From Paracoccaceae bacterium (GTDB taxonomy: Bacteria > Pseudomonadota > Alphaproteobacteria > Rhodobacterales > Rhodobacteraceae): a DNA stretch of 41,122 nucleotides. The DNA is taken from NCBI GenBank assembly GCA_007121115.1, contig SKMI01000134.1, positions 1 through 41,122 of the forward strand. Direction: 5' to 3'. Of the stretch, positions 37,537-41,122 are shown piece by piece. A program made the translations under genes and the position numbers. The notes beneath the pieces are model-generated. The model had not been told where the DNA came from and did not search any database. It saw nothing but the letters and a program-made list of their open reading frames with translations. Position 1 is the stretch's first letter. Each line of letters begins with the position of its first letter.

Positions 37537-37771
37537 CTTTCTGTTTACACTGGTACGTCTGTCATGACCCTGTTCCGCCCGAACGCATCGCACAGCCGCC
37601 GCCCTCGCCCGAAGGCGCGCCGGGCCGCGCGCGTATCTGTCGCGCAAGGGTTTTTTCCGTGCCGGTGCCAGTCCCGGCGCGTTAGAGTAGGGGCGTTCGC
37701 GGGCGGCGGCTTTCCGTTTGGGGCGGCGTGCGCGGCACCGATTGCAGCGAAGGACAGGACAGGAGCAGCGC

Positions 37772-38470
37772 ATGGCTGACATTTCAGCGCGGCTGGAACC
37801 GCGCGAAGCAAGTGATTTGGCCCCGATCCACAACCAGCCCCTGCGGGTGCAGATTGCGTCGCGCCTGCGCGATGCGATCATCTCGGGGCGGTTGCCGCCG
37901 GGCACGGTGCTGGTGGAAACCGCATTGGCCGAGCAGTTGAACGTCTCGCGCGCGCCGATCCGCGAGGCGGTGCAGATCCTCGAAAACGACGGGCTGGTGG
38001 AATCGGTCGCCTACAAGGGCAAGCGCGTGAAGCCGCTGACCGCGCGCGAGGTCGAGGAAATCTATGGCCTGCGCGAGCTCTTCGAAGTCGCCGCCGTCGA
38101 GCGCATCCTGGACCGGCAGGTGTCCGTCGCACCGCTGGCGGAATGCTGCGCGGCAATGGAGGCCGCCGTGCGCGACGACGATTACGAGGCGCTTGTGGCG
38201 GCCGATGAAGCCTTTCACCGCACGCTGATCCGGCTTTCGGATCATGCGTTGCTGCTGACGCTGTGGAACAACCTCTACATGCGCATCCACCAGATCATGG
38301 CGCTGCGCAACCGGGGCGAGCGCAACCTGGCCGAGATCGCCGGGAACCACCCGCCCATCGTGCGCGCGCTGGAAGCGGGCGACCGCGCCGAAGCGACGCG
38401 GCTGATCGCGCAGCACACGCGCGCGCTTGCCGATTTCGACCCTGAGAGCATTGCACAGGTGTCGCAGTGA
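37772..38470 (+). CDS. GntR family transcriptional regulator (FadR/FCD subfamily)
   Basis: ATG 37772 after AGGAG. wHTH LRDAIISGRLPPG...ETALAEQLNVSRAPIREA; FCD domain DEAFH...H..I..ALEAGD...H. Confidence 0.95.
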   Translation: MADISARLEPREASDLAPIHNQPLRVQIASRLRDAIISGRLPPGTVLVETALAEQLNVSRAPIREAVQILENDGLVESVAYKGKRVKPLTAREVEEIYGLRELFEVAAVERILDRQVSVAPLAECCAAMEAAVRDDDYEALVAADEAFHRTLIRLSDHALLLTLWNNLYMRIHQIMALRNRGERNLAEIAGNHPPIVRALEAGDRAEATRLIAQHTRALADFDPESIAQVSQ

Positions 38471-38474
38471 TGGC

Positions 38475-38510
38475 CCCGCCGGGATGGCATGAACGCATGC
38501 CCCCGGCGGG
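38475..38510. other. Intergenic stem-loop between gntR and SBP2
   Basis: CCCGCCGGG/CCCGGCGGG outer stem and GCATG/CATGC inner stem around an AACG loop; no U-tract. Confidence 0.45.
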
Positions 38511-38612
38511 ATCATGCCCCCGGGCGCAGACCTTGCGTCACGCCCCTAACCAAGGTCACGGCCGTGCGTCGGCCGCGACCGCCTTTCCCCCTGTCCAACA
38601 GCGAGACACGTC

Positions 38613-40163
38613 ATGACCAGAATAAGAAGTCTGCTTCTTGCCAGCACCGCGGGGCTGGCCGTTGCCGCGACCGGCCATGCCCAACCCGCCGACGACACCA
38701 TCGTCGTTGGCCTGAGTGCGGATATCAACACCTTCGAACCCGGCAACATCTCGTCGCGGCCGAACTCGAACATCGCGCGCCATATCTTCGGCACGCTGTT
38801 CACCATCGACGGCGACGGCAACCACCTGCCCGACCTGGCCGAAAGCCTTGAAATCTCGGACGACGGGACAGCATACGTCTATACCCTGCGTGAAGGTCTG
38901 ACCTGCCACGACGGTGAACCGCTGACCGCCGAAGGCGCCGCCTTCAGCTTCAACCGCGTGGCCGATCCCGATAACGCCTTCACCGGCAACACGCCGGGCT
39001 TCGTGTTCTCCTCCATCGGGTTCGAAAGCGCCGAGGCGCTGGACGAACGCCGCGTGCAGATCAACATCGCGCGCCCCAACCCCATCGCTTTCGGCCTGAT
39101 CGCCGAGGTTTTCATCCACTGTGCCGACTACTACCAGAACAACTCGCTCGACCATCTGGCGGCGAACCCCGTCGGTTCGGGTCCCTATCGGCTGGCGGAA
39201 TGGGACGTCGGCTCGAATGTGACGCTGGAGCGCGTGGGCGAGCCCGGTCACTTCGACCGGATCGAGTGGCGGATCATCCCCGAAGCCTCGACCCGCACGG
39301 CGGAACTGATCGCAGGTAACGTGGACATCATCGAGAACGTCTCGCCCGACCAGGTGGACGTGATCGACAACTCCGGCACCGCCGAGATGCAGATCGTGCA
39401 GGGCACGCGCCGCATCTACGTGGGCTTCAACCTGTCCGAGCGGCAATCGCAACTGCCCGGCGGTGACGCGATCCAGGACCCGATGGTGCGCCGCGCATTG
39501 CAATACGCGGTCGACGTGCCCACCATCTGCGCGCAGCTTCTGCAGTTCGAGTGCGAGCGCGCCACGGGCCTCGTGAACCCGCCCAACGATCACCCGGATC
39601 TGGAGCCCTATCCCTTCGAGCCCGAAACCGCCGAAGCGATGCTGGACGAGGCCGGCTGGCCCCGCGCCGATGACGGCACCCGCTTCTCCATCCGCTTCCA
39701 GGCAGGGCGCGGGCGCTACCTGAACGATGTCAACGTTGTGCAGGCGATCACCCAGATGCTGCAGGACGTGGGCGTCGATGTGGAACTGGACCTGATGGAC
39801 TGGTCCACGCAGTTCATCCCGCTGATCCGCCAGCGCGATGCCGGGCCGCTCTACTTCCTCGGCTCGGGCGGGGCGCTGTGGTCGCCGCTCTACGACATGA
39901 CCGACCTCGCCACGGTGGACGCCGGGACCAACTACACCCACTGGGATGACGACCGCTGGTTCAGCCGCTGGGCGGATATCGCCGCCACCGATGACGAGGC
40001 CGAACAGCGCGAGATCATCGACGAGATGCTGCAGGTCTTCTACGATGACGGGCCGTGGCTGCACCTCTACTTCCAGCCGGACTTCTATGGCGTGAGCAAC
40101 CGCATCAACTGGACCGCGCGTCCGGATGAAAAGGTCTATCTGTTCGACGCCACGCTGAACTGA
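38613..40163 (+). CDS. ABC transporter substrate-binding protein, family 5, copy 2
   Basis: Sec signal ending GHA/Q; collinear and highly similar to 33823-35379. Confidence 0.93.
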   Translation: MTRIRSLLLASTAGLAVAATGHAQPADDTIVVGLSADINTFEPGNISSRPNSNIARHIFGTLFTIDGDGNHLPDLAESLEISDDGTAYVYTLREGLTCHDGEPLTAEGAAFSFNRVADPDNAFTGNTPGFVFSSIGFESAEALDERRVQINIARPNPIAFGLIAEVFIHCADYYQNNSLDHLAANPVGSGPYRLAEWDVGSNVTLERVGEPGHFDRIEWRIIPEASTRTAELIAGNVDIIENVSPDQVDVIDNSGTAEMQIVQGTRRIYVGFNLSERQSQLPGGDAIQDPMVRRALQYAVDVPTICAQLLQFECERATGLVNPPNDHPDLEPYPFEPETAEAMLDEAGWPRADDGTRFSIRFQAGRGRYLNDVNVVQAITQMLQDVGVDVELDLMDWSTQFIPLIRQRDAGPLYFLGSGGALWSPLYDMTDLATVDAGTNYTHWDDDRWFSRWADIAATDDEAEQREIIDEMLQVFYDDGPWLHLYFQPDFYGVSNRINWTARPDEKVYLFDATLN

Positions 40164-40206
40164 TCCGACACTGCGCGGCCCGCACGGGCGGGCCGCCCCT
40201 GCCACA

Positions 40207-40237
40207 GCCGCGGCGGCGCCAACCGCCGCGGCCTTTT
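40207..40237 (+). terminator. Rho-independent terminator/attenuator-like hairpin after SBP2
   Basis: GCCGCGGCGG-CGCCAA-CCGCCGCGGC followed by CTTTT; a second GC hairpin lies just upstream (about 40175-40196). Confidence 0.55.
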
Positions 40238-40253
40238 CCTGCCGAGGTTCCCC

Positions 40254-41122
40254 ATGCCCAAGGTCGACATCCCGTTCGACACTTATCACGATCATGACGC
40301 CATGACCGCGCATCTGCGCACGCTGGTCGATGCCTTCCCGCATCTGGCCCGCATGACATCGGTCGCCAAGTCCTTTCAGGGCCGCGATGTCTGGCTGATC
40401 GAGATCACCAACCCCGACACCGGCCCGGCGCTGGAAAAACCCGGCTACTACATCGACGCCCAGATCCACGCCGAGGAACACGCCACCTCGGCCACGGCGC
40501 TCTATGCGGTGTGGTATCTGCTGGAAAACTACGGCCATGACGAACAGGTCACACGGCTGGTCGACCAGCAGGTGTTCTACATCCTGCCGCGCATCAACCC
40601 CGATGGCGCCGAGCTTTCGTTGCAGCCGCCCTATTACAACTGGTGCGGCAACGGTCGCTACATGCCCGGCGCCGACCGGATTTCCGGCCTGATCCCCGAG
40701 GATATCGACGGCGACGGCTACCTTGTCTGGATGCGCGTCCCCGACCCGTCAGGCGAGTGGAAGAAGAGCCCCGACAACCCCGATATCATGATCCAGCGCG
40801 GCCCGCACGAACACGGGGGCGAATACTTCCGGCTCTACCCCGAAGGCACCATCCGCGATCATGACGGCGTGAACGTGCCGATCGAAAAGCCCTTCGACGG
40901 CAACATGAACCGCAACTTCCCCACCAACTGGTCGCCGCAGGAATACGGTGGCGGCATCCATCCGCTGTCCGAACCCGAGGCCAAGGGCATGGCCGAGGTG
41001 ATCCTCGCGCGGCCCAACATCTGCGGGATGTGCGCCTATCACACCCATGGCGGCATCATCCTGCGCCCGTCGATGACGCGCCCCGACAGCGCCATGGGCG
41101 CGGCCGACATCAACCTCTACAA
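40254..41122 (+). CDS. M14 family zinc carboxypeptidase, 3'-truncated by the window edge
   Basis: Hand-translated and absent from the ORF track: MPKVDIPFDTYHDH...SFQGRDVWLIEITN...KPGYYIDAQIHAEE (HxxE), LPRINPDG, NMNRNFP, PLSEPE, AYHTHGG; GAGG RBS. Confidence 0.9.
   Translation, partial: MPKVDIPFDTYHDHDAMTAHLRTLVDAFPHLARMTSVAKSFQGRDVWLIEITNPDTGPALEKPGYYIDAQIHAEEHATSATALYAVWYLLENYGHDEQVTRLVDQQVFYILPRINPDGAELSLQPPYYNWCGNGRYMPGADRISGLIPEDIDGDGYLVWMRVPDPSGEWKKSPDNPDIMIQRGPHEHGGEYFRLYPEGTIRDHDGVNVPIEKPFDGNMNRNFPTNWSPQEYGGGIHPLSEPEAKGMAEVILARPNICGMCAYHTHGGIILRPSMTRPDSAMGAADINLY

Noticed and set aside
37564-37779. Possible leader ORF MTLFRPNASHSRRPRPK... upstream of gntR
   Set aside because: No RBS, and its Arg/Ala/Pro-rich composition is typical of non-coding GC-rich frames.

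Overview
High-GC alphaproteobacterial chromosome segment; the gene set and protein styles suggest Rhodobacteraceae (inference). Bases 1-9813 are mostly core genes: a 5'-truncated DxD glycosyltransferase, scpA-scpB, an unannotated 54-aa small ORF, a 2Fe-2S/ASKHA (RACo/RamA-like) protein, three tandem universal stress proteins with an FNR-type box, and glmU-glmS. From about 40 bp after glmS to the window end (9853 to >41122) lies a catabolic gene cluster of more than 31 kb, apparently co-regulated, whose substrate I cannot assign. It holds a peptide/opine-type (family 5) ABC importer with two paralogous binding proteins and a GntR/FCD regulator. A palindromic TGTCGACA core recurs in all three promoter regions. 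Its enzymes are a battery of carboxy-directed peptidases/amidohydrolases (M32, two M14, M20, cd01299-type), a metal-ligand-deficient M24-fold enzyme, ureide-type enzymes (PuuE, AllA, a cyclic amidohydrolase, an Ldh_2 dehydrogenase), sugar-type redox/aldolase enzymes, a cytoplasmic glycoside-hydrolase-like TIM barrel, two PLP aminotransferases, a VOC protein and a tandem pair of DUF4438-like proteins. No RNA genes, CRISPR arrays, transposases or integrases were recognised. All family calls come from motif recognition by eye, not database searches.
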